Assembly (NCBI GenBank): GCA_002433235.1
Contig: DJHS01000153.1
Coordinates: forward strand, 48,612-112,611
Origin: Verrucomicrobia bacterium UBA6614
Lineage (GTDB): Bacteria > Verrucomicrobiota > Verrucomicrobiia > Limisphaerales > UBA1100
Direction: 5' to 3'
DNA: 64,000 bases
How positions within the stretch are numbered: the first letter of the stretch is position 1; the number at the start of each line of letters is the position of its first letter. The position numbers and the translations under genes are program-made. The notes under the pieces are model-generated. The model did not search any database, was not told the DNA's origin, and saw nothing but the letters and a program-made list of their open reading frames with translations. Positions 29,918 to 40,093 of this stretch are shown piece after piece.

Positions 29918-30975
29918 GCATCGAGAAACATCGCAAGGCGATTGACAAGATCGACGCGGAGATTGTCCGGCTGCTCAACGAACGCACCGGGCATGTCTTG
30001 GAGATCGGCAAGGCCAAGATTGCGGCGGGCCAGGAAATCTACGCGCCCCACCGCGAAAGCGATCTCCTGCGCCGCCTGAAAAAACTCAACGCGGGCCCCA
30101 TTGCCGATGAATCCCTCAGCGCCATTTACCGCGAGGTCATGTCCGGCGCCATCGCCCTCCAGAAAACCCTGACTATTGCCTACCTCGGTCCCGAGGCCAC
30201 TTTCACCCATCAGGCCGCCATCCGGCGTTTTGGTTCCAGCCTGCTCTATTCGCCCCAGAAGACCATCGCCGACGTCTTCAACGAAGTCAGCCGCAACCAT
30301 GCCGAGTATGGCGTAGTGCCCATAGAGAATTCCACCGAGGGCGTCGTCACCCACACGCTCGACATGTTCACCGACAGCGACCTGAAAATCGTCGCCCAGG
30401 TACTCCTGCCCATCCGCCATTGCCTCGTCGGCAAAGGGCGTTTAAAGAGCATCAAGAAATTGTACTCCCATCCGCAGGCCTTCGCCCAGTGCCGCGGCTG
30501 GCTGCGCGAAAACCTGCCACATGCGGAGTTTATTGAAAGTTCCTCCACCACCCGCGCCGCCGAGCTGGCCGCCAAGGCCAAAGCCGCCGGCGCCATCGCC
30601 AGTGAGCTGGCCGCCGAGAGCTGCAAGCTGCGCGTCCTCGAGCCCGGCATTCAGGACAGTTCCACAAATACCACCCGTTTCCTCGTCCTCGGCCGCAAGT
30701 GCAGTCCGCCCACTGGCAGCGACCGCACCAGCCTCATGTTCAGCCTCGCCGACAAGGTGGGCGCGCTGCACCAAGCCCTGAGCGCCATCCGTACGCACAA
30801 GCTCAACATGACCAAGATCGAGAGCCGTCCCAGCCGACGCAAGGCATGGGAATACTTTTTCTATGTCGACATCGAGGGTCACGCCGAGGATCCCAAGGTC
30901 GCTCGCGCCATCCAGAAACTGGGCAGCCAGTGCAGCTTCGTCAAGGTCCTCGGCTCCTACCCCAACGGCGACTGA
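29914..30975 (+). CDS. pheA: Chorismate mutase / prephenate dehydratase
   Basis: N-terminal CM domain, AYLGPEATFTH, PIENSTEG, SHPQA, NTTRF, KIESRP, LGSYP. Confidence 0.95.
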
Positions 30976-30987
30976 CCCACCGGCCCC

Positions 30988-31368
30988 ATGCCCGCAAGGC
31001 CGTCCTTTGAGAAATTGCATGCCCTCGCCCGGGCCGAAGTCGAGGCCACTCTGGCCGACCTGCCGCCGGACCTGCGCGAAAAAGCCCGCGCCCTGCCTGT
31101 CACCTACGAGCCGTGCCCCACGCCCGAGATGGTCGACGACCACATCGCCCCGGATACCCTCGGCTTGTTCTGTGGCGAAGCCCTCAACGACCCTCCCAGC
31201 CTGCATCCCATCCCCAATCAAATTCTCCTCTTCCTCGAGCCACTCTGGGATTTCGCCGGTTCCGATGAAGAAATTTACCTCGACGAAATCCATACCACCT
31301 ACCTCCACGAACTCGGCCATTATTTCGGCCTTGATGAAGATGACCTGGCCGAGCGTGACCTGGATTAG
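30988..31368 (+). CDS. Zincin-like metallopeptidase family protein
   Basis: LGLF.G, TYLHELGHYFGLDEDDL. Confidence 0.85.
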   Translation: MPARPSFEKLHALARAEVEATLADLPPDLREKARALPVTYEPCPTPEMVDDHIAPDTLGLFCGEALNDPPSLHPIPNQILLFLEPLWDFAGSDEEIYLDEIHTTYLHELGHYFGLDEDDLAERDLD

Positions 31369-32498
31369 GCCCCGCCCTTCAGAAACCGCTCGAAAAACCC
31401 GTAGATAATTTCATTGCTCGCCGCGGTCGGGGCATGCCCCGGACGGTTCGACATGGCCACCCTGTTCCTAAAGCCCAGCACACGGTTCACCTCGACGGAA
31501 TGATTCAATGCCTCCCAACGACGAGGCGGATCCTCCGAGCCGCCACTAACGAGGAATGGGCGCGGAGCCATGAGCGCGTGCAATTCATGCAAATCACGTC
31601 GGGCCGCAAGGAGCTTGGGGTACAGGCCGCGGGCAGGATTGTCCGAGGTGGGCACGCCACGCTTGCGCCAGGGCTTGGGGTGATAGCCAAGATACCACGG
31701 CTCCCAGTAGTTCACGCTCGGCCGCGTGTCGAACACAATGCCGGGATCCGACCACGCCGCGCAGGCAAACTTGTCAAATAGGCACGAGGCAAACATCGCC
31801 CACTTGCCGCCATACGAATGCCCAACGATCCCAATGCGCTTACGATCCACCTCTGGCCGCCGAGCCAGCACATGCCAGGCATTGGCCGCGGCACTGCCGA
31901 GCATTGAGAGCGGCTGGATGGTGGCCTTATCAATGGACGGATAGTAGGTAGCGTAGGTGCGATTATTCGTCGTCTCCGTGCTGCCAATGGAGAGCGCCAC
32001 AAAACCACGCCGCGCCAATTGCAGTGCGTAGTCTCGAAAAGGATTGGCCTTCAAGCCTGCAGCGGACTCAGGCTCGTAATACACCGTTACCACCGCCGGC
32101 CGCCTGCTATTACCCCCGGGGATGAGTAAATAGCCCGTCGTGCTTTCCACTGGCGTCCATTTGAACCGCACTTTGAGCTGCCGAAAATTCTCCCGCCGAT
32201 TCTCCTCCAACACGGTCACTTTTGGCTCCGTAATCAACGCCGGCCATTGCCCCATCAACCGCATCCAGGCTCCGCGAATTTCCGGCCGCCGGCGCGCCCA
32301 ATCCGCCGGCGTTTTTACCATCGAGCCATCATTAAAAATCAACGGGGACCGGTACTCCCCAAACTTCCCCTGCCACTGCGGCGGCGGCGTGAAATAGGGG
32401 TCAATATTCCCAACAACATTCGGACAAGACGCAATCCTGAAGCTCCCCCCAGCCACAACGGTGCCAAGAAACATCCGCCGGTTGAATTGGAATTTCAT
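31365..32498 (-). CDS. Tat-exported alpha/beta hydrolase (dienelactone hydrolase/acetylxylan esterase-like)
   Basis: NRRMFLG twin-arginine signal, GHSYGG, HALMAPRPF. Confidence 0.8.
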   Translation of the reverse strand: MKFQFNRRMFLGTVVAGGSFRIASCPNVVGNIDPYFTPPPQWQGKFGEYRSPLIFNDGSMVKTPADWARRRPEIRGAWMRLMGQWPALITEPKVTVLEENRRENFRQLKVRFKWTPVESTTGYLLIPGGNSRRPAVVTVYYEPESAAGLKANPFRDYALQLARRGFVALSIGSTETTNNRTYATYYPSIDKATIQPLSMLGSAAANAWHVLARRPEVDRKRIGIVGHSYGGKWAMFASCLFDKFACAAWSDPGIVFDTRPSVNYWEPWYLGYHPKPWRKRGVPTSDNPARGLYPKLLAARRDLHELHALMAPRPFLVSGGSEDPPRRWEALNHSVEVNRVLGFRNRVAMSNRPGHAPTAASNEIIYGFFERFLKGGA

Positions 32499-32592
32499 GC
32501 ACCTATGGTAAGCGTCAGAAATGAATCCACAAGCCGCGATGCGATTGAAATAAGCCTGACAAGTACCCCATTTCCAAAGACAATCCACGGCC

Positions 32593-33053
32593 ATGGAGAC
32601 CAGCGGGAGCATCGAGATCGACCGACCCATCGAGGCAGTGTTTGACTACACGCTCAACAACGTGTCGGAGTGGAGTCTGACCGTGGTGGAGGACAGGGTC
32701 ACCAGCGACGGCCCGGTGGGCGTGGGCACAACCTTTGAGACAGTGACGGACGACCACGGTCGACGGATGGATTTTGCCGGAAAGGTTACGCGGCACGAGG
32801 TGCCCACGCTGCATTCCATCGACCTGATCGGAAAAATGTTCGACCTGATCGTGGATTACAAATTCGAATCCATCCCCAACGGCACGCGCCTCACGCAAAC
32901 CTCCGTGGTGAAGCCAAAGGGGATCATGAAAGCAGTGTTTTTTTCACGTCATGGATAATGAAAAGCAAGGGCTGCGATGCCGTGCAAAGGGAACTAGACA
33001 GTCTCAAGCAGCATTGCGAGGAGAAGATTGCCAGCGATGATTCCAGCCACTGA
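32593..33053 (+). pseudogene. SRPBCC/polyketide-cyclase-like gene, frameshifted at T7 (32938-32944)
   Basis: ORF stops at 32958; one added T gives ...FFFTSWIMKSKGCDAVQRELDSLKQHCEEK..., the expected C-terminal helix, ending at 33053. Confidence 0.65.
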
Positions 33054-33636
33054 AGCCCTCGAACGGTTGCAACGGGGAAACCAACGGTTCCTCACCAACG
33101 CTACTGTATCTTCCCCTACCTTACCTGATGGCACCGTGCCGGAGCAGAAACCCTTCGCCATCATCCTCGGCTGTTCCGATGCGCGTGTGCCGGCGGAGTT
33201 GATCTTCGACCACGGACTCGGCGACTTGTTCATCATCCGCGTGGCCGGCAACATTGTCGCGCCTTCACAGATTGGCAGCATCGAGTTTGCCGCGGAGAAA
33301 TTTGGCACGCGCCTCGTGGTGGTGATGGGTCATTCCCACTGCGGCGCCATCGCCGCCACGTTGCAGGAGCTGCAGCAGCCCACTGGCGTCGCTTCACCCA
33401 ATCTCGCCTCGATCGTCGACCATATCCGCCCCGCCGTGGAGCCGCTGGCCGCCAACCCCGATGGCCTCGACCAAGCCGCCCTGCAACAGGAAGCCATGCG
33501 CGCCAATGTCCGCGCCTCCGTCGCCCAGCTTCAAGGCAGCTCCACCCTACTGAATAGCCTGGCCCAAAACGATGGGCTCCAAATCATCGGCGCCGAATAC
33601 TCTATTGAGACAGGTTTGGTGGGTTTCTTTAATTAG
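33037..33636 (+). CDS. Beta-class carbonic anhydrase
   Basis: GNQRF, GCSDARV, RVAGN, GHSHCGA. Confidence 0.93.
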   Translation: MIPATEALERLQRGNQRFLTNATVSSPTLPDGTVPEQKPFAIILGCSDARVPAELIFDHGLGDLFIIRVAGNIVAPSQIGSIEFAAEKFGTRLVVVMGHSHCGAIAATLQELQQPTGVASPNLASIVDHIRPAVEPLAANPDGLDQAALQQEAMRANVRASVAQLQGSSTLLNSLAQNDGLQIIGAEYSIETGLVGFFN

Positions 33637-33717
33637 CCCCTTAAAATTGACTCTAGTGCCACCTCGTGCAGGTTGTGCGTTCCGACGCACTTTTAGACCC
33701 TTAACCTAGGACAAAAA

Positions 33718-34276
33718 GTGAAACTTCTATTCCAGCCCCTTCATCTCCTTAATCATTGCCTGTGGCGGCTGTAGCATCATCGGACTAAATAAGCCCAAGA
33801 CCGATGTCAGCACACCCTCCACCTACAGCAAAAAGGGGCTGGAATTTCAGTAGCCAAGCAATTGGAAACCGGGGGAAGAGCTGGACATGCTCGGAGCACA
33901 GCAGACCGGAGCGGAATCCCCGGGAAGCGCCATCGTTATGGTCCAAAAATTTCCCGCCTTTGTCGCCGACGACATTAGGACTTATGCCAAGGATTATTCT
34001 GAAGGCATGAAGGAAAACGTGTCTGTAGGACGTATCTCCGACTCCAAACAGGGCCCCGTGCAGAAAAAAGGAGACTACGAATCCATCCGGCTAAGTTTCA
34101 GCATTACCCTCTTGGACGAAACCGTGCCGCACGAGTGTGTCATTTACCGGAAAATGGAGGACGGCCATGTCCTCTTCATCATGACTCAAGCCGCCACGGA
34201 GGATCTCCACACTGCCCAGCCCGGGTTTGACCTGGTCCTAAAAACCGCCAAGATCAGGAGGCCATCGCCCGATTGA
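33718..34276 (+). pseudogene. Lipoprotein gene (PsbP/DcrB-like) with a frameshift near 33740 and in-frame TAG at 33851-33853
   Basis: Frame of ORF 33887 extends upstream as FISLIIACGGCSIIG...KKGLEFQ*PSNWK; the GTG at 33718 is in another frame. Confidence 0.55.
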
Positions 34277-34324
34277 TCAACAGGGGCGCAAAGGAAAAGT
34301 CGCCAGTCATATCCTGCCCAAGCC

Positions 34325-34777
34325 ATGCCCGACCTCGACTCCAACGCTGTCCATCAGTTTTTCTCTGTACACTGTTTCAACGCCGCGTGGGAGTTGATTG
34401 ACAAATCCGAACGCACCCCGGAGGAAAACGAGGAGATGATCCAGCGCACGATGGCTTCGCTGTGGCACTGGAACCAGCGCGAGGATTGCACGCCCACGAA
34501 CCTCTCCATCGGATACTGGAAGGCCGCGCGGGTGTACGCGCTGGCCGGCGAGGCTGACAATGCTCTCAAGTATTCCCGGCTCAGCCTCGAGGTCACACCC
34601 GCCGACAATCCATTCTGCCTGGGCTACGCCCACGAGGCCATGGCGCGCGCAGAGAGCCTAGCGGGAAACGACGTCCCGGCGAAGGAGCACTTGGAAATGG
34701 CCAAACGCCTGGCGGCCAAGGTTGAAAAGACTGATGACCGAAAGCTGTTGGAGAATGATTTGATGACAATTTTATGA
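34325..34777 (+). CDS. Helical hypothetical protein (TPR-like)
   Basis: HQFFSVHCFNAAWELIDK, ASLWHW, GYAHEAMARA; normal codon usage. Confidence 0.7.
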   Translation: MPDLDSNAVHQFFSVHCFNAAWELIDKSERTPEENEEMIQRTMASLWHWNQREDCTPTNLSIGYWKAARVYALAGEADNALKYSRLSLEVTPADNPFCLGYAHEAMARAESLAGNDVPAKEHLEMAKRLAAKVEKTDDRKLLENDLMTIL

Positions 34778-35196
34778 AGCCGATTGTCATGGAATTGGAA
34801 CTGCCTGTACCCCGCGAATGCGTGTGGCGGGCCATCACGGAGCCGACCTAAATGCGCGAGTGGTATTTCGGGGAGATGGATGACTTCCGCGCAGAAGTTG
34901 GTTTCGAGACGTGTTTTGTGGTGACCTGTGAAGGGCGAGTATTTCCTCATGTCTGGCGGGTGGCCGAAGTGATCCATGAGACGCGACTGGCCTATGGCTG
35001 GCGATACGAGGGCTTCGCCGGTGACTCTGTGGTCACATGGGATCTGGCGGATGCCGGAGCCGGCACGCATTTAAAACTCACCCACGAGATACTAAAGCCA
35101 TTTCCACAGGATGATCCCGTCTTCAGCCACGTAAGTTGTGCGGGGGGATGGCATTATCTCCTGCATGAAAACTTGCAGAGGTATCTGGCGAAATAA
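34774..35196 (+). pseudogene. AHSA1/SRPBCC-domain gene with in-frame TAA at codon 26 (34849-34851)
   Basis: ATGA overlap with upstream stop; MKPIVMELELPVPRECVWRAITEPT*MREWYF continues in the same frame to GGWHYLL. Confidence 0.75.
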
Positions 35197-35215
35197 AGCC
35201 GAGCCATGGGCAGGG

Positions 35216-36073
35216 TTAAATCACTTCCGCGTTTGAATCGCCGACTGTCCTCGACCGAACAAAAGCCGCACATCGTCCTGCATAGGCGCGGGCGTCGTCG
35301 GCTGTTTCGATGCCTTCGGCCTGATGGATGGTGAAATGGCCGTCCCAGCCAATCTCGTCCAGGCCGGCAAACACCGCCGCCGTGTCCACGCCGCCGGTTT
35401 CCCAGATGGGCAGGTGATTAAAATGGACCTCGCCGCGACAGTACGTGGGCAATGACACTGGGCCGGCTTCGTCGAGCCGATGGTTTTGGATGTAGACGTT
35501 CATCATGTGCGGCGCGAGTTGGCGCAAGGTGCCCATGCCGTAGGGTTCACCGCAGAGCATGAGGTTGGCCGGCTCGTAGATAAGGCCGAAGTTGGGTTGG
35601 TCGATGACTTTGAGATTGGCAAGGATTCGATCGACCGTCTCGAAAACGGAGGTGGTGTGGCATTGGTGTGCAAGGCGAATACCGCGATCCGCCGCCCGCT
35701 TGGCAGCCTCGCGGGCATGCGACAGGTCGTCATCGGATTTTAGGCACACCCGGACCAGATCGCACCCCAGTGCCTCGGCGACGTCCAAGCTCGGCCCGAT
35801 GTTGCGCAGGCTGTTGGGGCCGTTGGCATTGTTTAAGGGCACATCGAAATCCGCCGTCACCATGGCCACGTACAAGCCACGGTTCTCGATCTCACCGCGC
35901 ATTTGTTCTAGCTCACCGCGGGAAGTCTGCACGCCACCAGCACTGGCCCGCATGCACACGGCATCATAACCGGTATCGGCGGCAATGGCAGCCAGCTCGG
36001 CCAGGGGAATGTGGAGCTTGGTTTTGCAGGCCGCCTCGACAATGCGGACGGAGAGCGACAATTTCAGATTCAC
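35216..36073 (-). CDS. Sugar phosphate isomerase/epimerase (TIM barrel)
   Basis: GYDAVCMRAS, LAHQCH, NFGLIYEPAN, GWDGHFTIH; GTGA overlap with the kinase stop. Confidence 0.8.
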   Translation of the reverse strand: MNLKLSLSVRIVEAACKTKLHIPLAELAAIAADTGYDAVCMRASAGGVQTSRGELEQMRGEIENRGLYVAMVTADFDVPLNNANGPNSLRNIGPSLDVAEALGCDLVRVCLKSDDDLSHAREAAKRAADRGIRLAHQCHTTSVFETVDRILANLKVIDQPNFGLIYEPANLMLCGEPYGMGTLRQLAPHMMNVYIQNHRLDEAGPVSLPTYCRGEVHFNHLPIWETGGVDTAAVFAGLDEIGWDGHFTIHQAEGIETADDARAYAGRCAAFVRSRTVGDSNAEVI

Positions 36074-37116
36074 CCCTGATCCTCGATGAGTGGTGGACGG
36101 GGTCGGTATTTTTTTGCCAAGCCCAGGACAGTGCGCAGGCTTTTCATGCCGCCGGTGCAGGTCGGGTCCGACAGGTTGGCCGCGGCTGCGCAAACACCAG
36201 TAAACAGGCTGCGCTGCGTGTCCCATCCCTCGTGGATGCCCAGCAGCACGCCGGTGCAGAAGGCATCGCCGGCGCCCGCCGCGCCCTTGATGTATTTTTG
36301 CGGCAGCTTGAGCGAGGATTGCCAAAAGTCTTGGCCGCCACGGGTGCGGGCAAAGCCCCCCTCGGGTACATGGATGACAACCAGTTCGCCCACTCCCAGT
36401 TGCAGCAGCGCGCCAGCGGCATGCCGCAGCGCCACGGTATCCAGCGACCCATCATCCAACCGGATTTTAAAACCGGTGGTCATCCCGGCCTCGTACTCGT
36501 TGACGATGCAATAGTCGGTATGGGCGAGAGCGGGAGTGACGACTTTTTTAAAGCGGTTGCTGTCCTCGCTGACACAGTCGATGCTGGTCTTCAGGCCTGC
36601 CTTTTGCGCAGCGGCCAACAGGGCCGCGCCGCGAGTCCCGTGTTTCTTGTCGGGGCCGTCGATGGTGTCCATCAACAACAGGTACCCCAGATGAAACATG
36701 CGGGCGCGAGATTTCTTGAAATCCAGCACCTTGCCATCCCAAAGGGAGTTGGCACCACGACAGTGAAAGAAGGTACGACGGCCGGTATCTTCCTCGGTCA
36801 TCACGTCAGTGTAGGAGGTAGGCGCCTTGGGGGTAACCCGGATGTCGCGGGCATCAATTTTGTGACGCTTGAGGTCGTTGAGAATGTATTCACCGAAGGC
36901 GTCCTGACCCACCAGTCCAGCCCCGGCGAGGGGAATTTTCGCGCCCAGCTTGGCGAGGTTTAAAAGAATATTGTAGGGCGAACCGCCGGTGCCCTCGGAC
37001 TGGGAGGAGATGTTGGCCAGCGTCTCGCGCTGGGGGTAGCAATCGACCATTTTCACCTGGTCAACGATCCAGTTTCCCCCGGCGAGAATGCCCTTGCGTG
37101 TGGTGGCGGCGCTCAT
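36070..37116 (-). CDS. PfkB-family carbohydrate kinase
   Basis: GGSPYN, GLVGQDAFG, NEYEA, GAAGAGDAFCTG. Confidence 0.9.
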   Translation of the reverse strand: MSAATTRKGILAGGNWIVDQVKMVDCYPQRETLANISSQSEGTGGSPYNILLNLAKLGAKIPLAGAGLVGQDAFGEYILNDLKRHKIDARDIRVTPKAPTSYTDVMTEEDTGRRTFFHCRGANSLWDGKVLDFKKSRARMFHLGYLLLMDTIDGPDKKHGTRGAALLAAAQKAGLKTSIDCVSEDSNRFKKVVTPALAHTDYCIVNEYEAGMTTGFKIRLDDGSLDTVALRHAAGALLQLGVGELVVIHVPEGGFARTRGGQDFWQSSLKLPQKYIKGAAGAGDAFCTGVLLGIHEGWDTQRSLFTGVCAAAANLSDPTCTGGMKSLRTVLGLAKKYRPRPPLIEDQG

Positions 37117-37191
37117 GGCAGGTGGTACAAAAACAAATCGGGACGACCGTTTATAGCGGCCCATCCGTTGAATTGTCGAGTGGGAAACCGG

Positions 37192-37716
37192 TTATCGCGT
37201 GGCGGGCGTGAGGGACACGCTGACAGGCAGGGAGAACAGGAGATTGACCTGAATGGGTTCGCCACCAGTTTGTTCCGCAGACATCTCGATGACGGTTTTC
37301 TCATCGGGCGCGGCGATGCCCTTGAAGAACATTTCCCGGGTGATGAACGCCGCGCTTGTCGTCTCGGCGGCCTGAGTAATGTCCTGCTTCTCCTTGATCG
37401 AGTAGGATCCCGTGAAGGCCACCTGGCCATTCACCAGCACCGGATTGATGGTCAGTTGAATGCCGGTCTCCACCTGCGTTTGAAGGCCCGGAATGGAATG
37501 CTGTGAAGTGATGGCGATCTCCGCCTCGCGCCCGCTGAGGGTGATAATCTTGGGAGCGGACAAAACGTCACCGTCCTTCACCAGTTGGCATTCCACCATG
37601 ATCTGGCGGCCCTCCAAGGTCGGCGGCGGAATCGTCGGCAACTGGGCCACATGCTCACCCGTGACACATCCCATCACGCAAACCAAAACCAAGCCCACCC
37701 CCAAGACGCTCCTCAT
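37192..37716 (-). CDS. Lipoprotein consisting of a minimal secretin-like domain
   Basis: Lipobox VMGC; QIMVE, VLSAPKIITLSGREAEI, ETGIQLTINP, FITRE; promoter-like TATGAT 6 nt before the ATG. Confidence 0.6.
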   Translation of the reverse strand: MRSVLGVGLVLVCVMGCVTGEHVAQLPTIPPPTLEGRQIMVECQLVKDGDVLSAPKIITLSGREAEIAITSQHSIPGLQTQVETGIQLTINPVLVNGQVAFTGSYSIKEKQDITQAAETTSAAFITREMFFKGIAAPDEKTVIEMSAEQTGGEPIQVNLLFSLPVSVSLTPATR

Positions 37717-37842
37717 GGCTCCATCATATCGAGACGGAGTTCCGCCACAAATCAAAGTTGCCCCGGACTGCGAACAAGTCCACGCCGGGCCTCGACTCGT
37801 TGAACATTGGAACTTCGGCTTTTCTCGCTTATTCTCCCCCCC

Positions 37843-38601
37843 GTGTTTCGGCCCTGCATCGACCTGCACGAGGGGCGCGTGAAACAAATTGTGGGCGGCA
37901 CTCTCACCGAGACGGACGCGCAAACCAACTTTGTTTCTGAGCAACCCTCCTCGTGGTTCGCCGCCCTCTACCAAAGGGACGGCTTGCGCGGCGGCCACGT
38001 CATCCAGCTTGGGCCCGGAAATGAAGTCGCCGCCCGCGAGGCACTGGCCGCCTTTCCCGGCGGACTACAACTCGGCGGGGGTGTGACCGCCGACAATGCC
38101 CCCTCTTGGCTGGAAGCCGGTGCGGCACAGGTCATTGTCACCTCGTGGATCTTTCGCGGGGGTCGGCTGGACGAAAGCCGGTTGTCCTCGCTCGTGAAAT
38201 CCATCGGCCGCAAGCGCCTCGTGCTGGACCTATCCTGCCGCCAACGCGACGGCCAATATTGGATCGTAACCGATCGTTGGCAGAAATTTACAATACTGCC
38301 CGTCGACGCCAATACCCTGAATAAACTCGCGCCCCATTGCACCGAGTTTCTTGTCCATGCCGTGGACGTGGAAGGCAAGCAGGCGGGCATTGACTTGGAA
38401 CTGGTTCAAACGCTCGCCGCCCATTCGCCTGTCCCCGCCACCTACGCGGGCGGCGCAAATTCAATTGGCGACCTGGAAGCCGTCCACCAAGCCAGCCGGG
38501 GCCGCGTGCACCTCACCATCGGCAGTGCTCTGGACCTCTTTGGAGGCACGGTGCGTTACGAGGATTGCGTGGCGTTCAACCGCAGGCATGGAGGCGGCTG
38601 A
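37843..38601 (+). CDS. hisA: ProFAR isomerase (HisA, His6/eukaryote-like subtype)
   Basis: FRPCIDLHEGRVKQIVGGTL, GGHVIQLG, LVLDLSCR, FLVHAVDVEG, TIGSALDLFGG. Confidence 0.88.
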   Translation: MFRPCIDLHEGRVKQIVGGTLTETDAQTNFVSEQPSSWFAALYQRDGLRGGHVIQLGPGNEVAAREALAAFPGGLQLGGGVTADNAPSWLEAGAAQVIVTSWIFRGGRLDESRLSSLVKSIGRKRLVLDLSCRQRDGQYWIVTDRWQKFTILPVDANTLNKLAPHCTEFLVHAVDVEGKQAGIDLELVQTLAAHSPVPATYAGGANSIGDLEAVHQASRGRVHLTIGSALDLFGGTVRYEDCVAFNRRHGGG

Positions 38602-40048
38602 TGCCATCGTGGTTGGGGGCGGCGGCAGCGGGTTGGCGGCTGCTGTCAGCGCCGCTGAAAAGGGATGCCGTGTTGTTCTCCTGGAAAAACAACCGCAACT
38701 CGGCGGCGCTACCGGCATCGCGGTAGGCTCTTTCACCGCCAACCGCACCGTGTTGCAGGCCAGCGCGGGGATTGAGGACACGCTGGAGGATCATGTCGAG
38801 GATGCTGGCGGCTTTGCGCCGGCCGACGTCGAGGCACGCAACAATGCTGCCTTGCGCCGATGGTTTCTCAGCCACACAGCCGAAACCCTCAACTGGCTAC
38901 AGAACATGGGGCTGGTTTTCCACGGACCCAATCCTGAGCCCCCCAACCGTGTACCACGCATGCACAACGTTGTGCCCAACGCCAAGGCCTACGTTGCCCG
39001 GCTGCAGCACCGGCTTCAGCAACTGGGTGGAACAATTCGCTGCAATGCCTCCGTCGAGGAACTGTTGTGTGAGGACGGCCGGGTGGTGGGCGCGCGTGCG
39101 TGGATTGAGGCGCACGAGGAAACTCTCCGCGCACGACACGGCGTGGTGTTGGCGTGTGGAGATTATGCGAACTCACCCGGGCTGATTGCCGAACACAAGG
39201 GCGATCAATTTGTTGACATTGAAGGCATCAACCCCTTTGCCGCCGGTGATGGTCATCGACTGGCGCAGGCAGCCGGCGCGCAGCTGGTGAACATGGATGT
39301 GACTTACGGCCCCGAACTGCGGTTTGTGCCGCCAAAATCGAAACAATTCTTTTCTCAACTCCTGCCGGTCAGTGGCTTGGGCGCGTGGTTGATGGGACGA
39401 TTGCTGCCGTTCGCGCCACGGCTTCTGGTGGATGCCTTCATTCGCCGACTGCTGGTCACATGGCAACACCCTGAAAACGCGCTCTTCAATGACGGTGCCA
39501 TTTTGCTGAACGTAAAGGGCAAACGATTTTGCAACGAACGCCAATGGCCCCAGCGCGAGATCGCCATCGCGGCTCAACCCAACAAGCTCGCATACATGTT
39601 ACTCGACGAGTCCTTAATCGAACGCTACTCGGCATGGCCTCATTTCATCTCCACCGCCCCCAAGATTGCGTACGCCTACATAAACGACTACCTGAAGCTG
39701 CGTCCGGACATCGCCTGTGCCGGCACGCTCCAGCAAATTGCCAGCCGTCGGCAATTTTCCCTGAAACGTCTGCAAGCTGCCGCATGCGAGGCAGGCTTGG
39801 AAGGCAACCGCTGGGCGTTGCTGGGACCTTGCCGCGCCTACTTCACCACCACCGAGGGTGGGGCGGCGATTGATGAATCGCTACGAGTGCTCGACACAAG
39901 CGGCACGCCCATCCCCGGCCTTTTCGCCGTGGGCCAGAACGGCCTGGGTGGCCAAATCCTCTGGGGCCACGGCCTGCACATCGCTTGGGCCCTCACCAGC
40001 GGACGGCTTGTGGGAATAGCTTTGGCGCAAAATAAATCGACACATTGA
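38588..40048 (+). CDS. FAD-dependent oxidoreductase (fumarate reductase flavoprotein/KstD-like)
   Basis: VVGGGGSGLAAA, LEKQPQLGG, LACGDY, GDGH, TTEGG, IPGLFAVG. Confidence 0.85.
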   Translation: MEAADAIVVGGGGSGLAAAVSAAEKGCRVVLLEKQPQLGGATGIAVGSFTANRTVLQASAGIEDTLEDHVEDAGGFAPADVEARNNAALRRWFLSHTAETLNWLQNMGLVFHGPNPEPPNRVPRMHNVVPNAKAYVARLQHRLQQLGGTIRCNASVEELLCEDGRVVGARAWIEAHEETLRARHGVVLACGDYANSPGLIAEHKGDQFVDIEGINPFAAGDGHRLAQAAGAQLVNMDVTYGPELRFVPPKSKQFFSQLLPVSGLGAWLMGRLLPFAPRLLVDAFIRRLLVTWQHPENALFNDGAILLNVKGKRFCNERQWPQREIAIAAQPNKLAYMLLDESLIERYSAWPHFISTAPKIAYAYINDYLKLRPDIACAGTLQQIASRRQFSLKRLQAAACEAGLEGNRWALLGPCRAYFTTTEGGAAIDESLRVLDTSGTPIPGLFAVGQNGLGGQILWGHGLHIAWALTSGRLVGIALAQNKSTH

Positions 40049-40093
40049 GTCAATTGCCGTTTCCTTTGGCCGTCTGCAAATTTCATTCTGGCC

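Noticed and set aside
33851-34851. Stop-codon reassignment (TAG/TAA readthrough)
   Set aside because: TAG and TAA terminate many conserved genes here (xerC TAG, rpmH TAA); lesions co-occur with frameshifts, favouring decay or error
37843-38601. Eukaryote-like HisA as recent horizontal transfer
   Set aside because: This subtype is known in several bacterial groups, and its composition matches the host
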